Shown: one piece after another, positions 1-11,100 of the stretch | Numbering within the stretch: position 1 is the first letter of the stretch | Layout: each line of letters opens with the position of its first letter | DNA from: Vitrella brassicaformis CCMP3155 | Lineage: Eukaryota > Protista > Chromerida | Assembly: GCA_001179505.1 (NCBI GenBank) | Contig: CDMY01000204.1 | Location: 62,001 to 126,000, forward strand | Length of the DNA stretch: 64,000 nucleotides | Reading direction: 5' to 3' | Translations under genes and position numbers: made by a program | Notes under the pieces: generated by a model | What the model was told of the DNA's origin: nothing | Seen by the model: the letters and a program-made list of their open reading frames with translations, nothing else | The model's database searches: none

Positions 1-65
1 GGCGGCACAGTTGCAACGGTGGGTGTGCGATATTCTATACAATTGTCACGCGACCTCTATACTGC

Positions 66-656
66 TTGCGCAGGGAGCTGGGATGTATCGCTAGGCATAT
101 TTGCCGTCCAGAGCCCGTTAGCGCAGACGAGTGGCAGAAAGAGCTCCTTCAGCATAAGTATGCTTTGGATCTCCCTGGCATCGGCCCCTGGTCAGCCCGG
201 CTGCGCCTCTTGCTGCTAGCTGGATCCGTGATCTTTCAGCAAACACGCAGCTTTGAGGCTGCTCAGGTAAAATGGGCACTGAGCACCGTGGTAGGCTTGT
301 CTCAACTCACTGTTCCTGTGGTCATTCAGTTTTACGACCTACTGCTCAAGAGAAATGGTGTGCTCCACCAATTCAGTACGTCGAAGGAATTGGTGGAAAG
401 GGTGAAGTGGTTTCGGCAGCATGACCAAGTGGCGAGGAGGATTGCATTGGCGGGTCATACATTTGCATGGCACTGTTTGACGCGAGAGGGCATACGGCAG
501 TTCTTGATGACCTGGTTGAGGCGTCTTGGTCGCATTAGTAAGCGGCAATCGCCGGCAAGAAGACAGACAGACAGCAGCTGCCACACTGACGAGGCTATCT
601 CCCTCATGGATCATGAGACAGGAGTCCTTGATGACGTGTTACAGAGATGTGTCTGA
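66..656 (+). CDS. Glycosyltransferase family 90 (CAP10/KDELC-like), 3' part of a gene that starts upstream of the window
   Basis: The translation KYALDLPGIGPWSARLRLLLLAGSVIF...FYDLL...ELVERVKWFRQHDQVARRIALAGHTFAWHCL matches the GT90 C-terminal pattern (KY.I.IDG..aYRL.YLL...SV...; L.EK..WA..HD..A..IA..G..FA). A small in-frame intron is likely at about 268-328. Confidence 0.78.
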   Translation: MRRELGCIARHICRPEPVSADEWQKELLQHKYALDLPGIGPWSARLRLLLLAGSVIFQQTRSFEAAQVKWALSTVVGLSQLTVPVVIQFYDLLLKRNGVLHQFSTSKELVERVKWFRQHDQVARRIALAGHTFAWHCLTREGIRQFLMTWLRRLGRISKRQSPARRQTDSSCHTDEAISLMDHETGVLDDVLQRCV

Positions 657-994
657 CATACATGATTTGGTCGTGTCTGTACGTAACTCTATTTGTTGGA
701 CGGGACTGCATACAACCCGCTATTTCGAAGCGACAGACACAATGCTGTGTGGTGCTTGTCTACTGTACATTGCATATCTCAGTCTCAAAGGGGAGATCCC
801 GTCAGTAGTCTTCCGGTGAAACATTCGACTCCCTCCCTCTGTGAGCCTCCCGGGCGCGCTACGTTGGCGCCAGCAGATGGCGAAGCCCGAGATCTTGCGG
901 ATCATGCAGCGGCAAGCTGTCAACTCAGCGCGGTGGCTCTCACAGAATGATTTCGTACTCGAAGGCACACGTCTCGGTTCAATGAATACACGTG

Positions 995-1916
995 TCACTT
1001 CGTGAATGCCATGCACAGGCGCAAAAGAACTGCAAAGAGACGCTTCTGTCTCACTACACGGAACTTCGTCTCATTCCGGAAGAAAGGGGCAACGACCTCT
1101 TTGATCCGATCCCTGACCGGCATCGGGACGTTGCAGTTCTGCACCATGTCGTCCGCAAACATCGTCTCAACATGACCTTCCTCAGCATCATGAGAAGAAG
1201 ATCCTCTCAGTGCATTTTGATGACCCCCTTCCTCACCGGTGTCTGACGGGCCCGGCACCTCTCGGGCTGAGCTGCGCAGGTCGTAGTGGCGTTGTCCGTC
1301 CCGCTGCTGCTTCTTCGCCAGCCGCTGCTGCATTGCCTGTGCCCGGCACTCGAGCGCGGCGAGGAGAGCATCAAAGGATGAATATTTCAGACGCAGGACG
1401 GCCGCCACGTCGGCAAATCTGTACAGCTTCATACAAGGGAAGTTTCTGGATATCGGGTTTGCCCTGTAGAGAGAAGAAATCAATGATGGGCCTGCAACGT
1501 GGGAGAATGGAAAACATGACCTTTCCTCGAATGTGAGCCCCCTGAGTTCCTCTGGAGTGGCGCCTAGCCGCATCGCCTCCGTCTTGGCGAGGAAGTGACG
1601 GTACCGACGGCACACATAACACAGCGCCACCTGGAATTGGGTGAACCACTCACAGGGCACCACACGGCCACACTCATCGCATCTGACACATTGCAGATAG
1701 AAACAGACCAGAAACATCAAGTCGACAGTCTTCTGGCAAGAGCGAGACAGGCCACCTGCAGGTGTTTTTCCCGTCGCCTGTCTTCAAGATGCTCTGGTTG
1801 GCCATTCTGCTGACCAGCAGGAGGCGTGCCACCTTTCCATGGTAGTTCGCGAACTCCAGTCTTAGAGAGGTGGACTGGAACTCGCCGCCTGTCATCGGTG
1901 CCTCAGAGAGATCCAC
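995..1916 (-). CDS. XPA: XPA/Rad14-like nucleotide-excision-repair protein (spliced)
   Basis: C4 zinc finger CDEC-x16-CYVC is followed by LAKTEA. Removing a 57-nt GT-AG intron (1464-1520) gives FEERANPISRNFPCMKLY, which aligns with human XPA LITKTEA...KKNPHHSQWGDMKLY. An upstream exon (about 1757-1916) joins in frame through an intron at about 1683-1756. Confidence 0.75.
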
Positions 1917-2132
1917 GCCCCTCTCAGTTTGAAAGCCATCGATGATGCTACAGAAACTAAAGGGGTACTGAGAGAAGACAGATGCTACGTCAAAACGGCG
2001 TTACTTTTCTGGCTGACCAATCACCTGGTGGTGGACATGCGTCAATCGGTCGTCGACTAGCTTGTCGCCAGTGATTGGACACGATAGTCTGCACCAATGA
2101 CACACTATTTCATGTTGAGTATATCGCAGCAC

Positions 2133-2843
2133 TTACACTTCCTGTGTGTGGGGGGATCCGAAGGCCTCTTCTCTAAAGCGCTGGATCTGCTCCGACACGG
2201 CAGACCGACATGCACGCCGAATGTCGGCAGGGGAAGTGGCGCAGAATTCGTCCTGGCCGTGTGCCCGTCTCTGCCTCTTTGAGGCACCAGGTGCTCCGTC
2301 CTTGACCACTGGCGTCGCCAGCTGCCTCGCCACTTCCGCTATGTCTTCCTCCGGCAAACGCAGCGATTGCAACGCGTCCGGTGGCAAAGAGCAGTAATAT
2401 ACGCTGTCCATGCACCTCAGGTGAAAGTGCCGCCTCTCATCGAGTCTGCGGCTCTGTCCTCTCCAGCAATAGGATCTCACAAACGTGAGGCGCAGCTCTC
2501 CACGGCCAATGGCTGCGTCACAATGGCAGCACCGCGTCGCACAGGTCGGTGCTCGAAGGCCGATGATGCGTGTTCGCAGGTATCTCTTGGCAGCTGAGCC
2601 GCACAGCTTAATGCCGTACTGATAATCTGGCGACAGATCGGACGCCCGGCACACACTCGTTGTCGTTGTGGCTCCGTCCACGATATGATGACAGAGCCAC
2701 CCTTGGCCAGGCAAAAAATGCGACACCCAGGCCTTGCTGGTGGGGCTCTTTCCGATGACCTTGTCGCCTTCTTCCGGCAGAAATATTTCCACTTTTCTCA
2801 TTGTGAAGGTCCCTTTATAGAGACGTGTTGCCGTTTTTTGCAT
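2133..2843 (-). CDS. Protein with a PARP-type zinc finger (zf-PARP)
   Basis: APTCATRCCHCDAAIGRGELRL...HFHLRCM...SLRLPEEDIAEV follows the zf-PARP pattern CxxC-x-I-x-ELR...H-x2-C...L.xED. Confidence 0.65.
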   Translation of the reverse strand: MQKTATRLYKGTFTMRKVEIFLPEEGDKVIGKSPTSKAWVSHFLPGQGWLCHHIVDGATTTTSVCRASDLSPDYQYGIKLCGSAAKRYLRTRIIGLRAPTCATRCCHCDAAIGRGELRLTFVRSYCWRGQSRRLDERRHFHLRCMDSVYYCSLPPDALQSLRLPEEDIAEVARQLATPVVKDGAPGASKRQRRAHGQDEFCATSPADIRRACRSAVSEQIQRFREEAFGSPHTQEV

Positions 2844-2884
2844 GGGACATTATTTTTGCCTTGCATTTTGTTTCTCTCACTCCT

Positions 2885-3008
2885 CTTCCCCTTCGACCTG
2901 ACCCTCGACTCAGAGGACGCGCGCCCCTCAGAGGACCTGTCTGTCCGTCTCGCCCGGCTGCTGCAGAAGGAGTGCGAGGGCGCCACGGTCAGCTTGTCGG
3001 AGCTCTAA
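2885..3008 (+). pseudogene. Inverted partial copy of the SIM/MIU exon
   Basis: It reads PFDLTLDSEDARPSEDLSVRLARLLQKE*, similar at DNA and protein level to the minus-strand exon at 3330-3425. No start codon is evident. Confidence 0.5.
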
Positions 3009-3250
3009 GCGAGGCTCAACTGTGACTTTTTTCCCTCCCGGAGCTCTGACGCTCAGAAGAGCAATGTGATTCGGGCGGAGGAAGACATTCTGCCTCCGCC
3101 TTCCGCCTCAATAGCTTCCTACTGAGACGGCATTGGGTGCTCAGAGCAACATTTTTCGTGCGCTTTGAGGGGAAGACACTAATGGCAGGCGTCACTAATA
3201 TATACATATCTCAGTTTGAAAAGCCAGACAGAATAAAGCCCTGCACCCAC

Positions 3251-3707
3251 CCCATTCGTCCACCCCATCTCGGTCATCCATCAGTGAACCATCCCAGTCT
3301 CCATCGGCCATGTCCTTTGCCTGCAGCTTCCAGGCCACCTCCTCGTCCCGCAGCTCCCGGGCGAGACGGGCATCCAGGACCTCTGCCTGGCGGGCGTCCT
3401 CTGACTCGTCGGTCAGGTCGATGACGGGATTCGCTGGGGTTGACATCGCTAAGCACTCTCCGATGGGAGATCTGCAATAAAAACATACAGGCAGGGACAG
3501 AGAATGAAAGGAAATCTGAGGGATCTGTTCCCGCCAGTTGCTGTTACGAACGGCACGACGAGACGCCTACCTTGTGGTTCGTATGGCAACAATTCTCTGG
3601 GGTAGGGACGCAAGCTGTGAAACACGAAATGTTGGTTGGATATTATGACAAATGGCGTGCGAGCCGCCGGTGGCTCGGCTTCCTGAGATTCTCCTGACGA
3701 CACCCAT
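3251..3707 (-). CDS. Exon(s) encoding a SUMO-interacting motif plus a ubiquitin-binding MIU-like helix; possibly the 5' part of the zf-PARP gene
   Basis: MSTPANPVIDLTDESED (VIDLT SIM with acidic tail) is followed by DARLARELRDEEVAWKLQ (D..LA..L..EE). A clean GT-AG intron at 3472-3570 joins an upstream ATG (3707) in frame. Confidence 0.45.
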
Positions 3708-4441
3708 TTGCGTGGAGGCAGAGTGGGTCACAGATGCGGTTCACCCTCACGGAGGAAATTTCCCTCATTGCATGCACAAACCACCCGCCATCACAGTGAC
3801 AACTCCCTAAATTCCCTCTCGATATGAAAAAAGTTCATCGCCTGCTCTCACAGCCTCAGACTCGCTATGCTCGTTTCCTTCATTTCTCCCCCTCCCTCTG
3901 CTTGGTCTCTCCACACCATCTCGTCTCCCCTAACCGGCAGTCTGTATGTCTGCCACAGCTGACGTACGACCTCCGTCTTGCTTGGAACCTCGGGAGGGAC
4001 ACCCGTCCCCCTCGCGCGCTCGATGACCTCAACGAGGGCATTCCGGTAGGCGAGTGCCTCCCAAAGGGTGCGTGCGATGCACGCGACACTCCTAAACCCC
4101 TTTTGTCCCGATGGGAAACAGCTACACTCAACACAGGCAACCCAACCACAGTGTTCTGCGTCCAGTCAGTCACCCTTTTCTCCTGTCCGTGTCTCACCGT
4201 GGCGGGTTTGGTCCTTTCCCTCGTCCCTTGTTTCTTCACCGATGCGGCCACACGAAACGCCGGGGCCGCTCCACTCCTGTGCATTACCGACAGGCCAAGC
4301 TTTTTGCTTCCTCCGACCTCCACCAACCGCCTGATGATGCCCCTCGCTATCTGCTCGACTCTCTCGGGAGGGTGAATCGCATCTGTGACCCACTCTGCCT
4401 ACACGCAAATGGGTGTCGTCAGAAGAATCTCAGGAAGCCGA
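3675..4441. repeat. 74-bp inverted repeat (arms 3675-3748 and 4368-4441)
   Basis: Direct comparison of the arms gives 71/74 identity in inverted orientation. Confidence 0.9.
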
Positions 4442-5680
4442 CCCCCTCCGCCTTTCCGCTGTCCATTCTGTGGTGGCTGATTGTCAGGTGGGTCAGGGCC
4501 GGGGGAGGGAGGGGGAGTTGCGACTTCCTTCGCATACTGAGCGACGAACTCCTCATACCACTCTGGATCCGACATTTCGGAGACTAGCGTTCGCCCGCGC
4601 GTTGCGCGGGCTTCTAGGAGACCCGCTTGCTTAAGTGGTTTAACGAAACACCTGTCCCTAAGCCCGACGCTCACTGTCACATCAGGACACAAGCAGCATG
4701 CACTCAAACAAACCATTGCACAAGGCGCTTTCTCCAAACCCCGCGACCCCCCCGCTGCTGACCCGTGGCTTCGGTCAGTAGGCATGGCACGACCCCCCTG
4801 AAGGCACGACGTAGGTCACGTAACATTTTTTTCGGCGCCAGGTTGGCGCGTCGCGGTTGTATCGGCCAGCGAGTGGCGCGTCGCGGTTCTATCAGAGGCC
4901 CGAAAAACCCATAATTTTGCGATTGCGTCGCGCTTTTATCAGTGTGTGTGTCTGGAGACTGACTGACCGATGGCTGGATGGATCAATGCATGGATGTGTG
5001 TGTGTGTGTGTGTGTCTGGTTGGCTGGCAGACTGACTGACCGACGGCTGGACATACACACGGATGTGAGGCTCTTTTAATCAATTACTGCTGTCTCGTTC
5101 AATCGACATCCTTCCGACATCGAAAAATACGGCGCTTGTGCTTCGCGCGAGTCGCTCATGAAGAAGGGCATGTGAACGTCACGGACAATCATGACCTTAC
5201 CCTGACCTTACCGTAACACTCTCCGTTACTGACCCGCATATCGACCGCCTGCGCGATTCGAATCCGCGCGCCGCGCGGGAGGCCGGCCTCCCGTCTTTGC
5301 TGAGCTGGCAGCAGCGGTTTCAGAGTTGGCCATCTGCGAGCTTTTTGTAACGCACATTTGCGGTCCTTTCTCGCCAACCGCGCCGCCCCAGGCTGCGACG
5401 CCAGAGCACAGGCAATGGCACGAAATCGCGCATCTTTTAACCCGAGAAAACCACCCCACTCTTTTCAAACCAATCATAGTACAAGTGAGATCCGCACCGG
5501 TATGATCTGTTTCACGGTCAGTATTCACAATCCGCAAGCTTCTGTGTGAGGGAGTGATACTGTGCGTGACAAAAACACTGCCGCCGGCAGAAGAATTCCA
5601 TTTATTTTCTGTGTCTGACTGTTTGTATTGCAGATCTCTTTCGGCTTCCGTCTCGGATTCCCTCCGCCTCTTACCCTCCG

Positions 5681-5836
5681 ATGTCAGGCTCATCTTCTGA
5701 TCCCTTCGACCTGACCCTCGAGTCAGATAACGCGGGCCTCACAGAACACCACGAAAGTGTCAATAAGCTACAAAGCGACCGAGCCCTACATCGTGTCACC
5801 AGAATCGACTCTCTTGTCGTCATTGCCCCCTCGTAA
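5681..5836 (+). CDS. Short ORF, third copy of the SIM module (MSGSSSDPFDLTLESDNAG...); possibly a pseudogene
   Basis: It has the same acceptor context (attgcag|atctc) and ATGTCA start as the 3446 minus-strand exon, and shares the GACCTGACC..GAGTCAGA core. Confidence 0.35.
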   Translation: MSGSSSDPFDLTLESDNAGLTEHHESVNKLQSDRALHRVTRIDSLVVIAPS

Positions 5837-7529
5837 AGAGTCGTCTTCTTCATCATCGCCCATGTACCTTTCCTGAATCGACCCGTACCTGCATGCAGCC
5901 CCCAGAAAGCGGTGACAGCTTATGTGGACCGCTCTGCATCCAGGAGCGCGTCTTTTGTGCATACCTGTCCTCGGCCCCGTCATCATCATTCTTCAAGGCC
6001 ACAGAAAAGAGTTTAGTCACATCAGGCGTGCTGCCAAAGGCATACCTGGCAGACATTCACATGTGAACACATACATATCCCATCCACGGAGCAGATACAG
6101 AAGGCGCAGGTGTCCTCTCTCTGTCTGTGTGCGTGTGCCTCTCTCCCCCGTCGCTCACCCATTGCCCTTGTCAATTCTCTGCAGGAGCGAAAGGACGCTG
6201 TCTTTGTCTTGAATGTCCAACGGCACCAAACTCACCATGCTGAGGGATGGATGGATGGATGGACGGATCACACAGACAGGACAGGCACGCTCTCCACATT
6301 ACTCATACATGTTCACCTGAAGTCTTCTACCACTTCGCCCAGCATCTCCGTGAACTTGGCGAACCGAGCCTGCACTCACGGCAGAGGCACCCGTCATGTA
6401 CTCATCTTTAGAATACACAGATCGATCGGCGCCTACACACCCAGATAGATACGTACATTGAATGGGTGGCTCTTGGGCATGCCCTCAGAGAGCAGCCGCT
6501 TCAAGTCATCGGCCTCAGCGTAGTAGTCTAACGGAAAATCTGATCGACGAGAAAGAAAGGAGATCACATAGTGCCACCTAATGTGAGTGGTGTCTTTGTC
6601 GTTGCTCTCGCACACCCATATGTTCCTTGTGGATGCGCAAGAGGTCGACTTTGGAGAGCACATTGACGTGCGGTAACTCCAGCAAGAGCATCGACGACAG
6701 GCACAAAAGCAGACCGCTAATGTACTGACCGAACCATGCAACATTGGAAAATCGTATCCTCTCCTCTGTCCATCCACATCTCGCTCACTTTGTGAGCCTC
6801 GGTGCACATCATGCTGTCGATAAGATGCACCGCCGTCAGCTGAAGGCAATCAACGCAGTGACAAGAAGCGACGGATGAAAAGGATAATCGATATGATTCC
6901 GTGTTCATGGACCAGATCCTTGTCCACCCACCCTGCAGTCAATCTTGCCCAGCTTCTCCAATATGTTGCGCATCGTGCCTTCGTGCGTATACAGTTCGAC
7001 CTGCACACACATCCACACGGGGACAGGACCTCCGTGCACACACGCCGCATTATCTGGCAGCCCAATCTCTTCTCGACGGACCTGTCCCGGACAATCGAAC
7101 AGGACGTAGGTATCTAAAAGAAGCATGTGCGTTAACGCGCCACACTTGATTCAACCAGGGTGAGTCGCGACAACAGCTGAACCTGGGTGCTTCCTCAGTT
7201 CCGCCTCCAGCCAGTCAAAGTTGACCAACAGGTACTCCATGCAGTAGAGCAAACCTGCACGCTCAGTGACACTCGTGTCTGACCGTGTTCTCATCTCCCA
7301 TCGTCTCACCTCCGTTGGGTCCGAGTTTGTGCTCCTGCATGACTTGTTCGGCGCTGACGAGTGTCCTGACGTCAATGGTGACGTCGTACGGCAACTCGCC
7401 GTCATTGGCGGGGTCCAGGTTGACCACAACATGCGGCCTGCTCAGCGCGCGGCACATCTGCTGCATGGCGTTGCAGTAGGTGGACTTGCCGCTCCCGGGC
7501 GGACCTATCACCCACTGGCCGAACCACAT
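5786..7529 (-). CDS. GPN2: GPN-loop GTPase 2 (multi-exon)
   Basis: Motifs present in order: [79 protein letters not shown]...IDKGNGYAFG and IQERY. Confidence 0.95.
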
Positions 7530-8145
7530 ATCGCAATTCCGGACTTTCGAGAAAAGGGAACTGACCTCAATCTTGGATTTGATGACACCTGTCCCTAACG
7601 CTTTTTGCCCATCGTGCCTGTCTCTCCTGTCAGATCCTGCTGCTCTGTCGGCATCGATTGAGAAAGAAAGACAAAAAATAATATGTCTTCCAGTCGCATG
7701 AAAAACTCATGCGACTGAACGCACCCACTGGCCCTATTGCCTTCCTCTTCCTTTCGGTAACTCAGTAAGCCAGACTAAATGTCTTTCCGGTCGCTTGCAG
7801 TGAGACACCCATTCAAGGCGCATGACATTAGCAACACAGAGTCAGCCGGTACCATCCACCCGTAATTCACATAAGACACAGGTAGGGGAACGCGAGAGCA
7901 AGGACAATGCTCGCAACGCACACTGTAAGCAAGTTGCTGGTCAAAAGGCACTGCACACGTGACCAATGAGCAAAAAAGACTGCCAGATTCACCCACCCGC
8001 TCATCCAGACAATAGCAACCACCTCGTCCAAACAATAGAAACCACAGCGTAGTTCAGCCCATGTCTCTACCCCTTCGTAACCGCCTGCCGTCATTCCCTC
8101 ACCTGTGCAGCCCATTGGGGTGCCCCGGAGCCCCCTCCGGGCTAG

Positions 8146-11100
8146 CTATACGCTCCCCGCCGCCCCGTTACTGTCTGGCTTCATGGCGGTGACCACCGGC
8201 TGGTGGTGTATCGTCTTGACGTCCTCGATCCGCACATCGATCAGCTCCTCTCCTTCCTGCTCCATCGATGCGGGCCGCTGACCGCCCAGCTGCATCGGAC
8301 CGCGAGCCGCGCCACTGGGCTGCCCAACAACACCCTGACATGCGCGACGAGTCAAACACAAGCTTCTGCCAACGGTCCTTGTTGTCTGTGTGAACTCGAC
8401 CGACCTGTTTCTGCTGAGCGATCGTGGATGCCGAGTTGGCCTCTGCGGACGCAGCAGTGCCGGGCTGCATGGGGGCGCCAGAGGGGATGAGGTTGGCGCT
8501 CGAACCGGCGATGGATGCCGTGATATCAAACGACAGGTATCGCTGGATCTTCTTCTCCTCCGCGCAGCCCGTCACGCTCACGTGCGCCAACACGTCCAGC
8601 GATGGCAGCATCTCGTCTATCGCACGCTTCAACTGAGCAATTCATCGACAACAGCCCACCCCCCAAACATGCCCACAAGCAGAGACACCCAGACAGACAT
8701 AGGTACACACGCGCACATCTGCCTGTCTTGCAGTGCGTGGGTACGTCGTGAGGGTCTGCGCACTGCACGGCCATGACCATTTCCTCTGTCTCCATGATCT
8801 CATCGATGTCTTTCTTCATCTCGGCCGTCTTGCGGAATGCGAAGCGGCGCCGTTTTGAAGGCCCCTTGTGCTGCTGATAGTTGGACAGGCTGTCCACATA
8901 CAGCACCAGGATGTGCTTGTCGATGCGCGCCGCAAGCAGATTGTAACCCTTGGTCTTAGCGCATTCGACCAACTGCATGCAAGTGAACAGACACGCACCA
9001 GGGAATGCCAATCGAGTTGAGAGCGAGGGCGGCTGGCTGGCGTGCTGACTCTGGGTATGATGGCGGAGTTTGTAACGTTGGTCTTGAGCTTCACCGAAAC
9101 CTGTATGCCCGCCCCGAACACATGGATGGAGAGGATGGAAGGACGCGCCGCACAGACGGATCTGACTGATGATTTCTGTTGTTGTATGCTGACCTTGACC
9201 ATCGATGCTGGCACGTCGGTGAGCACCATGGGGTCGTGCTCCACCTCACCCGTCGGACCCAGGTGGGCGGGATCCAAACCTACACAACACAGCATTGATC
9301 ACCAATCCGGCCATCCATCGAGGGCGCATCTCTCGAGTGCTGTGTTGCAGTCCTCGAACCCTCGATGAAGACGCTGCCATGCTTGTCATAGTGACCCAGG
9401 CAGTTATACAACTAATCCCAAACAGACAGACATATGAATCAACCCTATCTGTATACGTATGCCTGCTGCAGTGTGTGCCCTGGTGTAATGTTTCACCGCT
9501 TTCTTGATTTCTCCGATCTTGACGTTGGATATTTGCGATACAGAGGCTGCTTCCTCGAGGGTGGACATGCGCTGAGGGAACACGCCCACCCTGCTCTCAC
9601 CCAACTCCTGTGGCAACAACAGCAGCTCGCGTATTGTGTGCATGTGCACCTCAGGCTGCGCCTGCGCGAGTCTGCTGGCTGGTTACTTGTGCCATGAGAA
9701 TGCTGACAAGCGTCTTATCAATCTGCTCAATGTTGGCCTGACGGACCTGCAATCAAACAACACCCGCAACAAACCACACGACACGCAGGTGATCGAAACA
9801 TGAATGCATATGCATTTCTGCGCTCGCGCTCGTCAGGCGCAGTCGTGTGTGCCCGGGTCAACCTACCACTATGTTCTGCTCGATCAGGGCAAGCGCAAAC
9901 TGGTTTATTAGATCTGGAGAACACATATGTTTGAACGAAAGGGGCTGCACTGCAGGGCATGAGCCGTCTGGTCTGCAGGGCATGAGCTCACCGACGTGGT
10001 GACCACAGATGATGTTGATCTTGATGAAGGGGAACATGAATGGACGCTGCTCAGCCGGGTGGAACACAACCTGCCGTGACACGCACACATGACATACGCT
10101 CATGATTCATGGCTAGAACCGCTGAAGCTCAAACGTCCGCTGCATCTGCTATGTATACACCAGTGCTGACTGACCCGTGCGTCCCTCGATTCGATGGCCT
10201 CCAAGATGGAGTGGTGGATCTCGTCAAGCTTCTCATCGTCCACCATCTGGCCCTTGACGCGCGGACGCACCACATATGTGCTGAACGAACATCCAGTCAA
10301 AAAGTGTACATCAATGCCGTACAGACACCCTCTGCCAGCAGCGCACCTGACGTCGACTCGCCCATCTGTGGCCATCTTGACGGATACGATGTCCAGACCC
10401 ACCTATTCAAGCACGTGACGCCACACAGAAAGGATAGTGCTTAGGGGTCTCGGCACTGAGACTGGTCCATCTGTAGCTGTAAGCCACCTACCTCGTGCAG
10501 CAGGCCCGTGATCTCGTGGACCACTCCCGGTTTGTGGCGTCCGGCGAACTGGATGCGGAAACACGTCGCAAAGTACTCTGACAGTACATTCTGCCAGAAA
10601 AGAATAACACGGACGGCAATGGAGGAATGAGGTTCGCCCACGCTGTGCGCGTCTTTATGAGCACCGACCGGGGACGATTTCCCTGATGGCGCGACGATCT
10701 TCTTCGAGGGGTCGATCTGACGACAACCGAAATACGATGCGCGATGTTTCCTTCCGATGTATCTGGGCACCTTTTTCTTCTTCTGTTGTTGGGTGAGGAC
10801 GTATTTGAACGCGAATGGGGTGATGATGGTGGCCCACAGCAGCCCCCATATCACATACGCAAAAACCTGCAAAGTGTGGCGGCAACCAAGATAGGCAACC
10901 AACATCGCGGCAAGAGAGGTTCCTCTTCGTCGGCTTGACAGACCTCTTTGCTCATGAGCCCCAACTGATGAGCGCTTTGTGCGACCAGGAAGGCAAACTC
11001 CGCTCGTCCCACCATGGCCCAACCTGTTGACATGCAGAGAGACTGCATGTGGCAGGCCGAGATCGATCCCTCCTGTCTGTGCTACCGATGATCCATCTCG

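Noticed and set aside
4399-4785. Minus ORF with protein-like MSDPEWYEEFVAQYAKE...PPPSPGP
   Set aside because: No family was recognised and no convincing exon chain was found, so it could not be supported.
5190-5230. Telomere-like CCTTACC repeats
   Set aside because: There are only two imperfect units and they do not match a canonical telomere repeat.
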